DNA from: a virus
Taxonomy: Duplodnaviria; Caudoviricetes
Length of the DNA stretch: 60,815 nt
IMG/VR virus record: IMGVR_UViG_3300045579_000055
Location: 1-60,815 of that record
Strand: one strand, 5' to 3'
Shown here: positions 36,187 to 47,243 of the stretch, one piece after another
Layout: each line of letters begins with the position of its first letter
Position numbering within the stretch: the first letter of the stretch is position 1
Translations under genes and position numbers: made by a program
The notes under the pieces: generated by a model
The model's database searches: none
The model's input: the letters and a program-made list of their open reading frames with translations, nothing else
What the model was told of the DNA's origin: nothing

Positions 36187-37320
36187 TTATGCCTCTGCAG
36201 CAGCGTCAGCGAATGCAATTGCATCCTCTTCTTCCCATTGAATACCAAAGCGGACGAATACTGTGTATTCAATTGTGTCCTTCTTTGCTACGTACTCACG
36301 GTTTACAGTGATATCTCTCTGGAATCCCCATACACGGTTGGCAGGGAATGTCAAATCGATATAGCCTGCTGGGTAGTAAGGAACTTCCTGAACTTCAATT
36401 CCGAGAACACGAGTTGTACGTGCTCCACCGAATGTCTGTCCGATACCATCGAGGTATGACTGACGGTTTGCTTGAGTGCTTCCTGGAATTTGTCCAGCAA
36501 ACGCTTCAGCGACTGCGTCAGCAAGTGTACCGTTATTCTTAACGATTCCACCGAATGCATCGGTACCTGCGTAGAACTTAAGATTGTTCTTAAGTGCACG
36601 GTACTTACGAGGCATTGCATTGATGATGCCCTGCATTACATCAGGTGTCCAAGCATTATCTGCTACGGTCACTACTGACTCATGTGCATCTCCGTTTGTC
36701 TTTACCTTGTTGATAAAGCCTGGCATGATTGACAAGAATGCTCCTGTTGCACCATCACCATTGATAGCGAGATCTTCGATATCATTTGCGAATGCGTTGG
36801 TCATCAAGCGTACCAAGTGATCTTCTAGAGCATCACCTTCGACACCATCTTCCAAAGATTCTGCAGTTACTTCCCAATCAAGACGAATCTTCTTGGTAGT
36901 AAGTTCGACCTTAGAGAATGTTGCACCTGTGTTTGTGTATGTACCAATTGCTTGCGCTGCTGCACGAATTACACGCTCACCGACGTTTACCTTCTCAAGT
37001 TCCATTGAATTAGCCTTCATTGTTACACGACGGCCATCCTTTGCTAACACTGTAGCGTCCCAAACATAGTCGATAAAACGACGTGCCTGCTCGGGGCGCA
37101 AAATTCCAGAAGCCGCTGAACCACTAGGGTTAACAGCATTCGCTCCGCTTGTTGATCCAAGTGTTGCTGTTGGAATATTACCAAGTGTATCTGCACCTGG
37201 GTTTGTTACTCCACCAATACCACCTGATGCGAAAGCACCTTGGCCCTGGTAAAGTCCTGGTGCTGTTCCACCTAGTTCTCCACCTTCGCCTGGCTGGTTT
37301 TTGATTATTTCTTCTGACAT
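36187..37320 (-). CDS. Major capsid protein (HK97 fold)
   Basis: GILRPEQARRFID, ELTTKKIRLDWEV, FANDIEDLAINGD. Start placed at MSEE after AGGAGG. Confidence 0.9.
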   Translation of the reverse strand: MSEEIIKNQPGEGGELGGTAPGLYQGQGAFASGGIGGVTNPGADTLGNIPTATLGSTSGANAVNPSGSAASGILRPEQARRFIDYVWDATVLAKDGRRVTMKANSMELEKVNVGERVIRAAAQAIGTYTNTGATFSKVELTTKKIRLDWEVTAESLEDGVEGDALEDHLVRLMTNAFANDIEDLAINGDGATGAFLSIMPGFINKVKTNGDAHESVVTVADNAWTPDVMQGIINAMPRKYRALKNNLKFYAGTDAFGGIVKNNGTLADAVAEAFAGQIPGSTQANRQSYLDGIGQTFGGARTTRVLGIEVQEVPYYPAGYIDLTFPANRVWGFQRDITVNREYVAKKDTIEYTVFVRFGIQWEEEDAIAFADAAAEA

Positions 37321-37343
37321 ATTGTCACCTCCTAGTGATTTGT

Positions 37344-38681
37344 TCATTTGAATAGATCGGCTGTTTTGAGGAAACTACCGCCCCATAGGGATTTTTCAAC
37401 CATTTCAGGCTGAGACTGGAAGATATCGCCGATATCTCCAGACTTTCGGAATGCGGTGTCTGCTTCCACAGCGTCTACTCGTTTTCCAAATTTATTAAAT
37501 TCGTCTGTAACTGATGCAATATCTTTTGCAACTGCTGCGAACGAATCCTTAACTGTATCAACATCAACCTTTGAAGACTTAAGAAGTTCTACTTCTGCTT
37601 GCAAAGCCTTTACTGTTGACACTAGATCGCTAAAGGCTGATTCTAGAGTATTTTTCATTTCGGTAACTGCCTGAGCAACTACTTCTTCTGACTTAGATAC
37701 TTCTACAACTGCTTCTGCTACTGTTTCGACTGCTTCAGCATCTTCTGCCTTAGTAATCTCTTCTGCTACAACTTCATCAGTCTTAGCAACTTCCGCTGCT
37801 TCAACCTCTTCTGCTTTAGCAACTTGTTCAGTAACTTCTGCAACTGATGCATCTGCCTCTGGAGCGACCACAACATCTTCAACTACATCTGTCTTTTCAA
37901 CTTGTGTCTTTGATTTTGTCATAGGTTGTACCTCCTTGTTAATCTTAGAAGTATTAATGCCTTTAGCACTATCAACTAAGAATTTTATCATTTGTGTTTT
38001 TTCATTATCCGTTTTTTCAACGAACCCTATATTTTCCATTTGTTCTCCACTGACTGGGCTGAGTTCTGATTCGTTCTCAGATGATATTACAATACCGTTT
38101 TCCTTGTCGTAAAAAACATTTTCTAAAACCGTTAAGTCTCCCTTTATAATATCTACACCATCAACTTTTTCAACCGATACTATATTGGCAAATTGGTTTG
38201 CTGGTGAATCTACAAGGCTTAACTCTATTAGGTCGTAGTCTTTAATAATTCTAATTTGTGAGTCTGACTTCTCGTCATAGCCGTCATCCCACTTGTTCAT
38301 GCGTCCACCAATAGAAAAACCTGTTAGTGTTCCGTCTAGAACTTTTTCCCAAGTATCTTGTGCACCCTTTGAGACATAGGCTGACACAAAAACACCTCTA
38401 TAAAATTTCTTTGAATCTGGATCAAAATACTTATCTTCTTTAAAGTTAACCATTTTACCTACTGCTAATGGCTGATGCATTTCTCTAATGTTCCCACGGA
38501 ACTTTGCAAATGCTGCCATACTTGCTTCTGCTGTTACGATGTCCATCTGCTTGTCTAGGTTGTCTAATGATGCAAAACCAGAGACAATACGCCTTTCCTT
38601 ATCAACCTTACTAAAAGGCATTGATAGACGAAGATTTTCCCCATCTGAATTCCAATGGGCTTTAGATATATTGCTCACCAC
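37344..38681 (-). CDS. Prohead protease fused to an acidic scaffold
   Basis: IREMHQ, GFSIGG and ELSLVDSPAN (HK97-type protease), followed by a Glu/Ala-rich coiled region. Confidence 0.88.
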   Translation of the reverse strand: MVSNISKAHWNSDGENLRLSMPFSKVDKERRIVSGFASLDNLDKQMDIVTAEASMAAFAKFRGNIREMHQPLAVGKMVNFKEDKYFDPDSKKFYRGVFVSAYVSKGAQDTWEKVLDGTLTGFSIGGRMNKWDDGYDEKSDSQIRIIKDYDLIELSLVDSPANQFANIVSVEKVDGVDIIKGDLTVLENVFYDKENGIVISSENESELSPVSGEQMENIGFVEKTDNEKTQMIKFLVDSAKGINTSKINKEVQPMTKSKTQVEKTDVVEDVVVAPEADASVAEVTEQVAKAEEVEAAEVAKTDEVVAEEITKAEDAEAVETVAEAVVEVSKSEEVVAQAVTEMKNTLESAFSDLVSTVKALQAEVELLKSSKVDVDTVKDSFAAVAKDIASVTDEFNKFGKRVDAVEADTAFRKSGDIGDIFQSQPEMVEKSLWGGSFLKTADLFK

Positions 38682-38733
38682 TATATTATACCCTCCATTT
38701 TATACAAGTATCACATTCTGGACAAATCGGACA

Positions 38734-40326
38734 TCAGGGAGTTTTTCTTCCTTCGCCCTTTGGATTTCTTCCAGCAACCGTTGATGAACTATCAGAGTTG
38801 TTGTTTGTTCTCTCTGAATCCCTAGACCTTGTGGTTGTTGCTTCTGCTGCAGCCTCTGGCTTAAGGTTTAAAACCTCATCGCCACCATCTCTTTGTGGCA
38901 TATCAAGAACAACTCGTGCCTCATTTGGAGTCATGATCTGATTCTTTACATATCTCTCCAATATTTGAGACTGTGCAATTTCGTCAGTTAGCGTTAGTTC
39001 ATTAAACACAAACTCAACGATGTCCGTCTTTTCACGAATAATCTTATTGATCATTTTTTCTAGTTGTCTTTGTGCTGGCCTAGCAACCTGCTCTTTGAAG
39101 GTGCGATCCTGTGCAAGTGCTGCTGCGATAGATGCAGAATCGCCACCCCCTAATTTTGAAAGTGGAACTTGATGTGCTACTAGAATGTCATCACGGTTTT
39201 GTTTACGATACTCCTTGAAGGACCCGTCTTGTATTCCATCTTCAATTGGTTCCATTTTAAATTCAACTTTGTTGTTTTCGCTATCACCTGGAAGTGGAAT
39301 ATATAGCGTTCTGTGTGATTGCCCTCTGAGATTTGTCTGCAAGAACCTAAACATCTTATCTTCTGCGTCTCCAGAAAGTTTTGCACCCTTTAGTGTTACT
39401 ACGTATCTTGGTACTGCCTTATTTGCAAAGTAATCAATATTGTATTGTGATGCCAAAGAATCACCGTGCAAGGAGTTGATTGCAGACATAATGTCTGGAA
39501 CTCCATAAAATGTGTTTAATGGCGAGTATTGCTTGAAATGAATAATCTCATTTGGTCTTGAATCTGTTGTTAGTGGGTTTGGATTTCGTGCTCCAAAATT
39601 ACGGAAGTAGACAATCTTGTTTCCAATAATTTGTACATATCCATCCTTTAATCTGCGGACTCTCATAGTAGTTGCTGGAATATGTCCAACATATCCAATA
39701 TCACCACGGGTAGTTCTTCCTATTTCTAGATATCCATTTCCAGTTGACTGAAGATCTGTATAAACCTTTTCCATTGTAGCCGTAAAAGAATCATCATCAT
39801 TGAGAGACTCTAGCCAATCACGAAGTTCTATCTTTGTTCTTTCAATACGCTTTCTTGCTTTTTGCGTTGCGCTATTGTCCTCAGATGATTCAAGTCTAAG
39901 CATAGTTCTTGGAGAAACCTTGAACTCATAGCCTAGCCCAACAATGTTTTCTACCTTTGCGTCAATTGCTGCGTGGTTTGCAAATGATGTATCATAGTAG
40001 TTTGCTAATTCATAAAGGTTCCAAGGTGGTGTAATAACATCAAACATTCCATAGCCATTTACATATACTAGCCCTGGGTTTATTTCTTTTGACTGTGCTC
40101 CATCAATACCGCTTTTTCCTGCTAACGCAGACGTTGTGTATTGTTTTGTTGGCTCAACCATTTTTGTAGAAAGTCTGCTTGTTCGTCTTTTAAAGTTTGC
40201 ATCTAAGCCATCTAAAGTTTTTAGTGTTTCCCAGTTGCCATTAAATGGATCTGACTTAGAAAACGGATCATCTTTGCTAATTGCACGATCAATGCTTGCT
40301 CCAATAATAACTTCTTTTTCTTCCAT
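38734..40326 (-). CDS. Portal protein
   Basis: TGNGYLEI, EIIHFK, YGVPD, YFANKAVP, MTPNEAR. Confidence 0.9.
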   Translation of the reverse strand: MEEKEVIIGASIDRAISKDDPFSKSDPFNGNWETLKTLDGLDANFKRRTSRLSTKMVEPTKQYTTSALAGKSGIDGAQSKEINPGLVYVNGYGMFDVITPPWNLYELANYYDTSFANHAAIDAKVENIVGLGYEFKVSPRTMLRLESSEDNSATQKARKRIERTKIELRDWLESLNDDDSFTATMEKVYTDLQSTGNGYLEIGRTTRGDIGYVGHIPATTMRVRRLKDGYVQIIGNKIVYFRNFGARNPNPLTTDSRPNEIIHFKQYSPLNTFYGVPDIMSAINSLHGDSLASQYNIDYFANKAVPRYVVTLKGAKLSGDAEDKMFRFLQTNLRGQSHRTLYIPLPGDSENNKVEFKMEPIEDGIQDGSFKEYRKQNRDDILVAHQVPLSKLGGGDSASIAAALAQDRTFKEQVARPAQRQLEKMINKIIREKTDIVEFVFNELTLTDEIAQSQILERYVKNQIMTPNEARVVLDMPQRDGGDEVLNLKPEAAAEATTTRSRDSERTNNNSDSSSTVAGRNPKGEGRKTP

Positions 40327-40712
40327 TATTCTTCATCTCCATATTTTGCTATAGTATCTTTTGCTGCTTGTACAGCGCCAAGATCGTTAAGGCTTGGGAT
40401 TAGTCCTGCCTTCATTCTATCTACTTGCTCTGAGTATTCTTCTTCTGAAACTCTTGTAAGGCCTGGAACGAATATTGCTTGGCCATCACCTGGGTCTCCA
40501 TAATGCATTGCTGCCTCTTTTAGTTGAGCAATCTTTGAAATATCATTTTTATCGGAAGGAATGTTTAAAACAGAACCATTTCCATCTGTAAACCATTTGC
40601 CATTTGCCTTCTTGTAGACGTAAAGACCCCAGTCATAGTTCTTTTCAATGACTTGTCGTCTTACATTTTTAACAATTGGCTGACCAGTTTTTGGGTCTAT
40701 TAGTGAATCCAT
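40326..40712 (-). CDS. Hypothetical protein upstream of portal
   Basis: Abuts the portal start; TGGTATACT lies 7 nt before ATG 40712. Confidence 0.65.
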   Translation of the reverse strand: MDSLIDPKTGQPIVKNVRRQVIEKNYDWGLYVYKKANGKWFTDGNGSVLNIPSDKNDISKIAQLKEAAMHYGDPGDGQAIFVPGLTRVSEEEYSEQVDRMKAGLIPSLNDLGAVQAAKDTIAKYGDEE

Positions 40713-40730
40713 ATCCACCAGTATACCATA

Positions 40731-43700
40731 TTAAACTGGATCAACAACGAATTTGGACCAACCTACGTCAGTATACAATGAATATCCGTAGTCTTTTAAG
40801 GTTATTGGCATATCGTCATTAACAATTATCTTGTTTGTGCCCGTATAACTCTTATAAACCTCTGACGGGTTTACACCATAATAACTAGTTTCTGACAAAA
40901 CAAGGACCTTATTCCAGTTAAAGGATGGGGCATTCCAGAACTCCCAGTCTAGACCAGACCCAGACAGAACCTTTACTCTAAACCAAGGTCTTTCAGAAAC
41001 GTTCTGAACCTCTTGCAAGTTTGTTGACTGATAATACGAAATACTATTAAATAGCAATGGGCCAGTCAGCCTAATAGCACCCTCAAAAGATGAAAAGATT
41101 AAACTGTCAGCAAAATTTATACCCAAGAATCCCCACTCTTGTAATGTCAGAACTGGCTCCTTTACAATTTTTCCATTCCAATAAAACCCTATTCCGTCTT
41201 GAACTAAGCCAGTCTTTGCATCTATTGCATATATCTTTGCTCTTCTTCCACTTGGGTCACTAGCAACCATGTAGAACTTTATGTATGCTGTTTTGCTTTC
41301 TATTTCAAATATTTGTGTTGGGGCATAGGGGAAATAGTCTCCGTCAAACCTAACTGCCATCTGCATTGCAATTGCTTTAAAGTCGTTTGCTCTGCTCGTA
41401 TTTACTGGAATTAAAAGTCCCCTGTTTACGAATGGATCATACTGTCCTCTGACTTGCACCCCACTTGTTTTAGTTAGATACAAGTATGATGACGATCCGC
41501 TATAAATTGAAAACGGATTTTGTTTTTTAAAATCATAGTATATCCCAGTCTTTGTATAAGGATAAATGGGAGTTCCAAATCTTGTTCCTATTGGACTTGC
41601 ATCTGATTCGTTAAGTGCTTGAGAAGCATAGGAAAGTTTTTTGATATTAACATTATTTGTGTCTGAGTCTTTAACCTTTATGTCAATGTGAGTAACAATA
41701 GAAAGATCATTAAAGTCTACTCCAGAAGGTGGGTAAATTATCATGTTATCTACAACTTCATATTTAGTCGTCATCCAGTCTGGGCCTGGAACTAAAATTC
41801 CATTTCTAGAAGGTCTTTCTGTTTTTGTAAAATAAAATGGAGTTTGATTTGCTCCTAATTCTGTATATTGAAAAGTTACATAACTTTTAACAACTGCCCC
41901 ATCTGTATCATACCTATAATCTTTTGCTATTTTATTTTTAAGATCTTCATAATCGTTATAGCCCGTAAATAGATAATTATCTAATGACTCATATGTTCTT
42001 TGAATTGGCAACCCATACTGATTTGCAAGTTCCGCATATGTCCATGCAACTGGATCAGTTTCTATTGCAATTGTTTTTGATGGTATAGGATAATCAATAT
42101 TAAACTGTATAAAGTCAAGATCAAAATATTGATCTCCTCTTTTATCAATAACAGATTCAGCAAAGTATGTTAATGGTATCTGATCTTCCCAGTATGCGTT
42201 TGCAGATACAGACAATTTGTAAGTATTAAAAACTTTGTTTGGAGCAAGAGTATAACTGGCAACATGATCAATGAGTGCATCTTCTTCGTCAATAAAAACT
42301 CCTCCACCAGAAATACCTCCATTAACAGTGCCTGTTGTTCCTCCAGACGGTGGCATAGAAGTAGTGTCTATTCCACCATCTATATTGATTAATTGATTAT
42401 TTTGATATACGGCGAACAAATCTTCATTCCATATGGGAACGCCTAGTTCATTAAACAGTCCCCTGATTTTTTGAAAATTATACTTTGTGCAAAATCCAAC
42501 CTTATAAATTTTACCAGTGAAGGTTGATGTTCCATCTTTTTTGCCACCCACGTATAATCTTAAATCAGATAAAGATCCAAAAAAATCTGATGCCTTATCC
42601 CCAAACCGTGCAACAAAGGCTGGAATATTTAATCCAGCGTCCACTAACTCTCCTGGCTCAGCAACTAAAGGAGAGTATAAAGTTTGCAAAGTTCCATTAG
42701 AGTTAATTGAATATGATATTTGGTTATCATTTAACTCTATTGCAAAATAACTGGTACTGTTTTCTTTTTCAATTCTAAACAATGTTTGTGTCTGAGGGGA
42801 TGATTGAGGAAGTCTAAAACATCCGTAGAAAGCAGATGTTGAGCCTTTCAAGAAGTCAAAGTTTTCAAACAATATGTGACCAGATACATTGTTCCACGAA
42901 GAGTTTGGCCTAAATGAAAAAAAGTTTGTTGGGTCTGAAGACTGCGCTATATTACAATCCGAGAACAACTCATCTTCTGTTTTTGAAGATAACAAAATTT
43001 GTGGCAGTGGATTTTTTGAAACAGAGAGCGCTTTGTTTTGTATTAAGGTGTTGTCGTTAAATGCCTGTTTCCAAGATCCTATTTTTGGATACTGATAGTT
43101 AGCAGAATAATTTGCAAAAGCGTAATCAATAAAAACAGAAGTTCCACTATAAGATGTATTAATGTTTTCTGGTATTTCAACACCTTGACCAAAGACAAAC
43201 TTTCTTTTTGTAACAGCAGTTGGTACTACATAAGGATAAATTGCAACACAATCTATATCAATTGGAAACACGTCTTCGTGTGCATAAAAACCTATCCAGT
43301 CTTGATTTTTTTGATTTACTAACATTTCTGGAAATTCTAGAGAAACAGGATCATAACTAAATGATATTACTTCCTGTCCATTAATCACAAGAGAGGCAGT
43401 GTCTTTACCAAGTCTTAGATGTACAAGCATTGGCCTTGTCCATTCGCCAACATAGTAGGTTTTATAATCGCTACCTATTTTTAATCCTATAGAAGGACCA
43501 TCGACATAAATTCCATCATCAGATGCTATTGGGCCAATTATTCGTTTTATATCATTTGTGTATGAATTAACTCTAAGCCAAGTTTCTAATGTATATTGCT
43601 TAAATTTTCCAGATTCATTTAAAAATCCTAAGCCAGGAACTATTAATGATGGATTTGTATCGTTAGGGTATAAGGATGTCAAACTAGATGTTCCATAAAC

Positions 43701-44444
43701 AATGGGGATTCCTAAATTTTTTGCTTTAAGCATGTTGTCAGAAACTAAGTAATATGCGTCAAGTTCTTGTAGTCCGTAGCATTTGGCAACAACTGCTTTT
43801 TGAGGAGCAAGAGATATTTCTGATGGAAGGTTTATTGGAGTAACCCCAAGAGAGGTGGAGGAAAACTCTTCTGACCATTGTCCGAATGTTATTCCATTTA
43901 CTAAAAATGCGTCTTCTGTTTCTGATCCTCCGATAAAGTTAATTTTAAATACTAGTTGTATTTTTGAATCATCTGGAGGGGTATCAAATGTTTCTGATAT
44001 AAATATCCAGTTGCTATTAATTACGGTATCATAGTTTTTTAAATGTCTAACAATTTGCCCACTGGTTGTATCTTCATATTGATACCCAATTTCAAAACCA
44101 GCAATATAAGAACTTTCAGAATAAAAATATCCACCGACAGAAAATGTTTTTAGATATGTGTTTAAGTCTTTTAAATCCATAATCTCATTGCTTATTGCAA
44201 TGATAGATGCTGACTCATTGTTGGTTGGGGTTGCTGTAATTTTGCCTACATAACTGTCGATAAATGGTTCGTCTGTTGAATTTACGTGATCTTCATATGT
44301 ACCGCCAGTAATCGTCCAATTAGAAAGATTTCTTTGCGCTTCTGAAATTAAAGAAATATAGTCTGCGCCGTCATCTAATGCCCATAAACCAGTAGGGTGC
44401 TCTGCGAACACTTTCTCTGCGTATAGGTTTGATGGAGTAGACAT
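40731..44444 (-). CDS. Large virion protein with concanavalin A/LamG-like domains
   Basis: EHPTGLWALDD start, YTLETWLR, LVINGQEV, LYVGG...FTGKIY; 1237 aa. Confidence 0.6.
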   Translation of the reverse strand: MSTPSNLYAEKVFAEHPTGLWALDDGADYISLISEAQRNLSNWTITGGTYEDHVNSTDEPFIDSYVGKITATPTNNESASIIAISNEIMDLKDLNTYLKTFSVGGYFYSESSYIAGFEIGYQYEDTTSGQIVRHLKNYDTVINSNWIFISETFDTPPDDSKIQLVFKINFIGGSETEDAFLVNGITFGQWSEEFSSTSLGVTPINLPSEISLAPQKAVVAKCYGLQELDAYYLVSDNMLKAKNLGIPIVYGTSSLTSLYPNDTNPSLIVPGLGFLNESGKFKQYTLETWLRVNSYTNDIKRIIGPIASDDGIYVDGPSIGLKIGSDYKTYYVGEWTRPMLVHLRLGKDTASLVINGQEVISFSYDPVSLEFPEMLVNQKNQDWIGFYAHEDVFPIDIDCVAIYPYVVPTAVTKRKFVFGQGVEIPENINTSYSGTSVFIDYAFANYSANYQYPKIGSWKQAFNDNTLIQNKALSVSKNPLPQILLSSKTEDELFSDCNIAQSSDPTNFFSFRPNSSWNNVSGHILFENFDFLKGSTSAFYGCFRLPQSSPQTQTLFRIEKENSTSYFAIELNDNQISYSINSNGTLQTLYSPLVAEPGELVDAGLNIPAFVARFGDKASDFFGSLSDLRLYVGGKKDGTSTFTGKIYKVGFCTKYNFQKIRGLFNELGVPIWNEDLFAVYQNNQLINIDGGIDTTSMPPSGGTTGTVNGGISGGGVFIDEEDALIDHVASYTLAPNKVFNTYKLSVSANAYWEDQIPLTYFAESVIDKRGDQYFDLDFIQFNIDYPIPSKTIAIETDPVAWTYAELANQYGLPIQRTYESLDNYLFTGYNDYEDLKNKIAKDYRYDTDGAVVKSYVTFQYTELGANQTPFYFTKTERPSRNGILVPGPDWMTTKYEVVDNMIIYPPSGVDFNDLSIVTHIDIKVKDSDTNNVNIKKLSYASQALNESDASPIGTRFGTPIYPYTKTGIYYDFKKQNPFSIYSGSSSYLYLTKTSGVQVRGQYDPFVNRGLLIPVNTSRANDFKAIAMQMAVRFDGDYFPYAPTQIFEIESKTAYIKFYMVASDPSGRRAKIYAIDAKTGLVQDGIGFYWNGKIVKEPVLTLQEWGFLGINFADSLIFSSFEGAIRLTGPLLFNSISYYQSTNLQEVQNVSERPWFRVKVLSGSGLDWEFWNAPSFNWNKVLVLSETSYYGVNPSEVYKSYTGTNKIIVNDDMPITLKDYGYSLYTDVGWSKFVVDPV

Positions 44445-44469
44445 TATGAGTCTATTTTACCACAGAAGA

Positions 44470-46503
44470 CTATTTATTTATCTTAATTTCACAATAGTCG
44501 GTTGTGCAATAGGACTCTCCCTGAGCCTCTAAATTATCTATGCCGTCATAAATAGCACTAAAGTCAATATGTTTCAACTTGCCAACATACGACTCATATT
44601 GCTCTTCAGTAATCTGAGTATATGGCTGCTGTGGATAAACAGTATTTCCCATTGGTAGGAATGAGACTGCCTTTAATTGTCCCTCGTACATGTGAAGTGC
44701 TGGTACAACATGCTTTGACTCTGTTTCTTTGTCAAATGAAAGTGTTACAGAAACACCATTGTCAGACCAGTATTTTTGTGCAGTTGCAGCAAGAGCAATC
44801 TTTTCAAACAAAGTAACATCCTTTTCAGATCTTGGATGACCTGACTTAATTGGGAAGTATACAACTGATGTGTTTGCTGATACTACGTCGTCTTCAATTG
44901 TGTACCCCGCTGCTTTAAACAAGTGCATCATTGGGTCTGTGTTTCCAAATCGAACTGCACGAAGAAAGAAGTTTCCTCCAGGTCCCCAGTGAACTCCAGG
45001 AGTTGCACCAGAAAGAATTGAAACTGATCCTGATGGCTTAACTGTTGTTACACGAATTGATTCACGAACACAAAGCCATTCTGAATACTGGTGATCATAG
45101 TGACGAATCTTGTTATAGCCCTCGTCCATCCATTCACGAACAACTGGCAAACCCTTTTGGTCTGCAAATGATGCAATACCAGTAAGTGATGTACCAATAC
45201 GACGATTACGTTGCATGATACCGTTTGTTTGTGGCCAGTGTGTTGGAACAAGTGTTACAGTCTTTCCATAAAGGTATGCAAACTTCAGGGTACGCAGGAA
45301 GTCTTCCTTAGACTCATGACGATTTAAGTGCACTTCTACAAGCGTACATAATTCGTATGATTCCAATGGCTGCTCCGCACATGGGTTAAATCCCATCACA
45401 CGATAATCCTTACCATCTGGCGCATCCTTTAGTCTGCCATAATTACGAGCAACATCAAGCCAGATAAAACCTGGTTCTCCGTTTTCTGTAATTAAATCTA
45501 CATAGTCTTCATATTTTGTTCCTACCTCTGCTGAGATAGAGTTATTAGACATCCACGCCCATCCTGGATTTTCTGGATCAAAGGAGTTGCGTTCTGGAAA
45601 TGACTCAGAGTTCTTTAAATTCATAAACACGTCATCTCCAGCACTACCCAAAGCAAGGGTTGCTGAGCGTCTTACGTTACCTGATACCACGCAGGTACCG
45701 ATTAGATTTACAAGGTCTACGATAGCACGAGAGTCTAGTGTTTCTCCAGTCCTGGAGCCTATTACACGGTCTATTTGGTTGTGCAACCTGATAAGAGGTG
45801 CGGGACCAGATGCAACGCCTCCAAAGCCCTTTATGGGGGCTCCTAGGGGCCTAATTAGGTCATAGTTAAATTTCTGTATATTTTGATTAGGTCTGAGATA
45901 TGAGTTTATCAAAACTCTCACTGATTCTACCCAGCCTTCACGAGTGTCTGGAATTTCATAAATCTGTTCTGGCTCTGTGGGACTGTAAATTAAGAAGCCT
46001 TTATCCTGACCAACAGTATCAAACCCTACACCAATGCCAAGCATCAATGCATCCATAACCCAAGCGAACAGGGCCCCTGGATCATTCTTATCAAGGTCTT
46101 TTGTTGAAACCATTGCACAGTTTTGTAGTGCTGCTGAGTTTTTCTTCTCCATAGTCATAGGAGTTCCAAATGCCCACATACCACGACCTGGCGGTGTCCA
46201 CTTTAAGTTAAACATTCTATCAAATGCTTCTTGTGCTGATTTCTGTGCCTTGTAGTCATTCCATGGCAAACGGTTTTCTTTTGCATGGTTTTTTTGAACT
46301 GAATACATACCCTCGATTACACGACGACAAACTTCATGCCATCTTTCTTTAGTTCCATCTTCCTTCATACGAGAATATGTACGAATAAAGGTAATTTCTC
46401 CAAGTGAATTTTCTGCTGCATCTTTAAATCCAAATGGGCTTTCAGCACCTTTGTACTTTTCAATAAAGTCTTCTGGAAGTCTAAAACTAAAAAAATCTGA
46501 CAT
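44470..46503 (-). CDS. nrdJ: Class II (adenosylcobalamin-dependent) ribonucleotide reductase
   Basis: TPPGRG, LQNC, GNVRRSA, NPCAEQPL, TTVKPSG and a C-terminal CTTDYC redox pair; no beta subunit gene nearby. Start placed at MSDFF. Confidence 0.9.
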   Translation of the reverse strand: MSDFFSFRLPEDFIEKYKGAESPFGFKDAAENSLGEITFIRTYSRMKEDGTKERWHEVCRRVIEGMYSVQKNHAKENRLPWNDYKAQKSAQEAFDRMFNLKWTPPGRGMWAFGTPMTMEKKNSAALQNCAMVSTKDLDKNDPGALFAWVMDALMLGIGVGFDTVGQDKGFLIYSPTEPEQIYEIPDTREGWVESVRVLINSYLRPNQNIQKFNYDLIRPLGAPIKGFGGVASGPAPLIRLHNQIDRVIGSRTGETLDSRAIVDLVNLIGTCVVSGNVRRSATLALGSAGDDVFMNLKNSESFPERNSFDPENPGWAWMSNNSISAEVGTKYEDYVDLITENGEPGFIWLDVARNYGRLKDAPDGKDYRVMGFNPCAEQPLESYELCTLVEVHLNRHESKEDFLRTLKFAYLYGKTVTLVPTHWPQTNGIMQRNRRIGTSLTGIASFADQKGLPVVREWMDEGYNKIRHYDHQYSEWLCVRESIRVTTVKPSGSVSILSGATPGVHWGPGGNFFLRAVRFGNTDPMMHLFKAAGYTIEDDVVSANTSVVYFPIKSGHPRSEKDVTLFEKIALAATAQKYWSDNGVSVTLSFDKETESKHVVPALHMYEGQLKAVSFLPMGNTVYPQQPYTQITEEQYESYVGKLKHIDFSAIYDGIDNLEAQGESYCTTDYCEIKINK

Positions 46504-46616
46504 AATGTATATCGTCCTTTCAAAAACGGAATAAGTGTTAATTATAGCAGAGTTTTGCAAAAAGTAAAACTCTACCTAAAGTTGTTATTAAGGGTTAATA
46601 AACTATACTTTTAAAA

Positions 46617-47234
46617 TTAATGAATCCAGTGTTGCGGAACCATTATCTTTTCTCCACTTTTCACCAAGTGTGCGGTGTGGTGATATGGTGGAGATGGAGG
46701 AAATACAATAATACTTCCTGCTTTTGGCTTAATGGCAAAGGTATAATTTTTTTCTTTTTCTGCAATTGCAAAGTCTGGGTTTGGACTAGCATTTTTTAAA
46801 ACTCCTTCTGGTGATGAAATAGTAAATGATATCTCTCCGCCTTCATAGTTATCATTAAGGTACATCACAAAAGAAACCTTTAATCTTTCATCTCCTTCTT
46901 GCTGATCAAAATGTGCACCCATGAATGTTCCTGGCTGATACTTTTTGATTGGATACTGAGGAAACAATTTTGGCTCATCAGTAATACCCTGAGCCTTTGC
47001 ATAATCTCTTGCAACATCATCAAATGCTTTTTCTAAAGTTTTGTATATGTAGTCATTTCCTTCTGAAGGAGCAATTGTTTTGTCTGTTCCATAAACGTAT
47101 GCTTGACCACTGCAAGCCATCCACTCACCCCACGGGTCCTTGTTATCGTTCTCAATTGCATCGACAAGTTTTTTGGGGTCGTCAATTACATCTGTGTAAT
47201 AGTAAACCTTTTCTTCAAGTATTTCTTTATTCAT
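46617..47234 (-). CDS. 2OG-Fe(II) oxygenase, prolyl-4-hydroxylase-like
   Basis: HFD...YLNDNYEGGEI...HTA...K. Confidence 0.88.
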   Translation of the reverse strand: MNKEILEEKVYYYTDVIDDPKKLVDAIENDNKDPWGEWMACSGQAYVYGTDKTIAPSEGNDYIYKTLEKAFDDVARDYAKAQGITDEPKLFPQYPIKKYQPGTFMGAHFDQQEGDERLKVSFVMYLNDNYEGGEISFTISSPEGVLKNASPNPDFAIAEKEKNYTFAIKPKAGSIIVFPPSPPYHHTAHLVKSGEKIMVPQHWIH

Positions 47235-47243
47235 TGTTTGCTC

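Noticed and set aside
46504-46616. Cobalamin riboswitch or NrdR box upstream of nrdJ
   Set aside because: The leader after the predicted promoter is only ~30 nt and AT-rich, too short for a riboswitch; no convincing NrdR palindrome.
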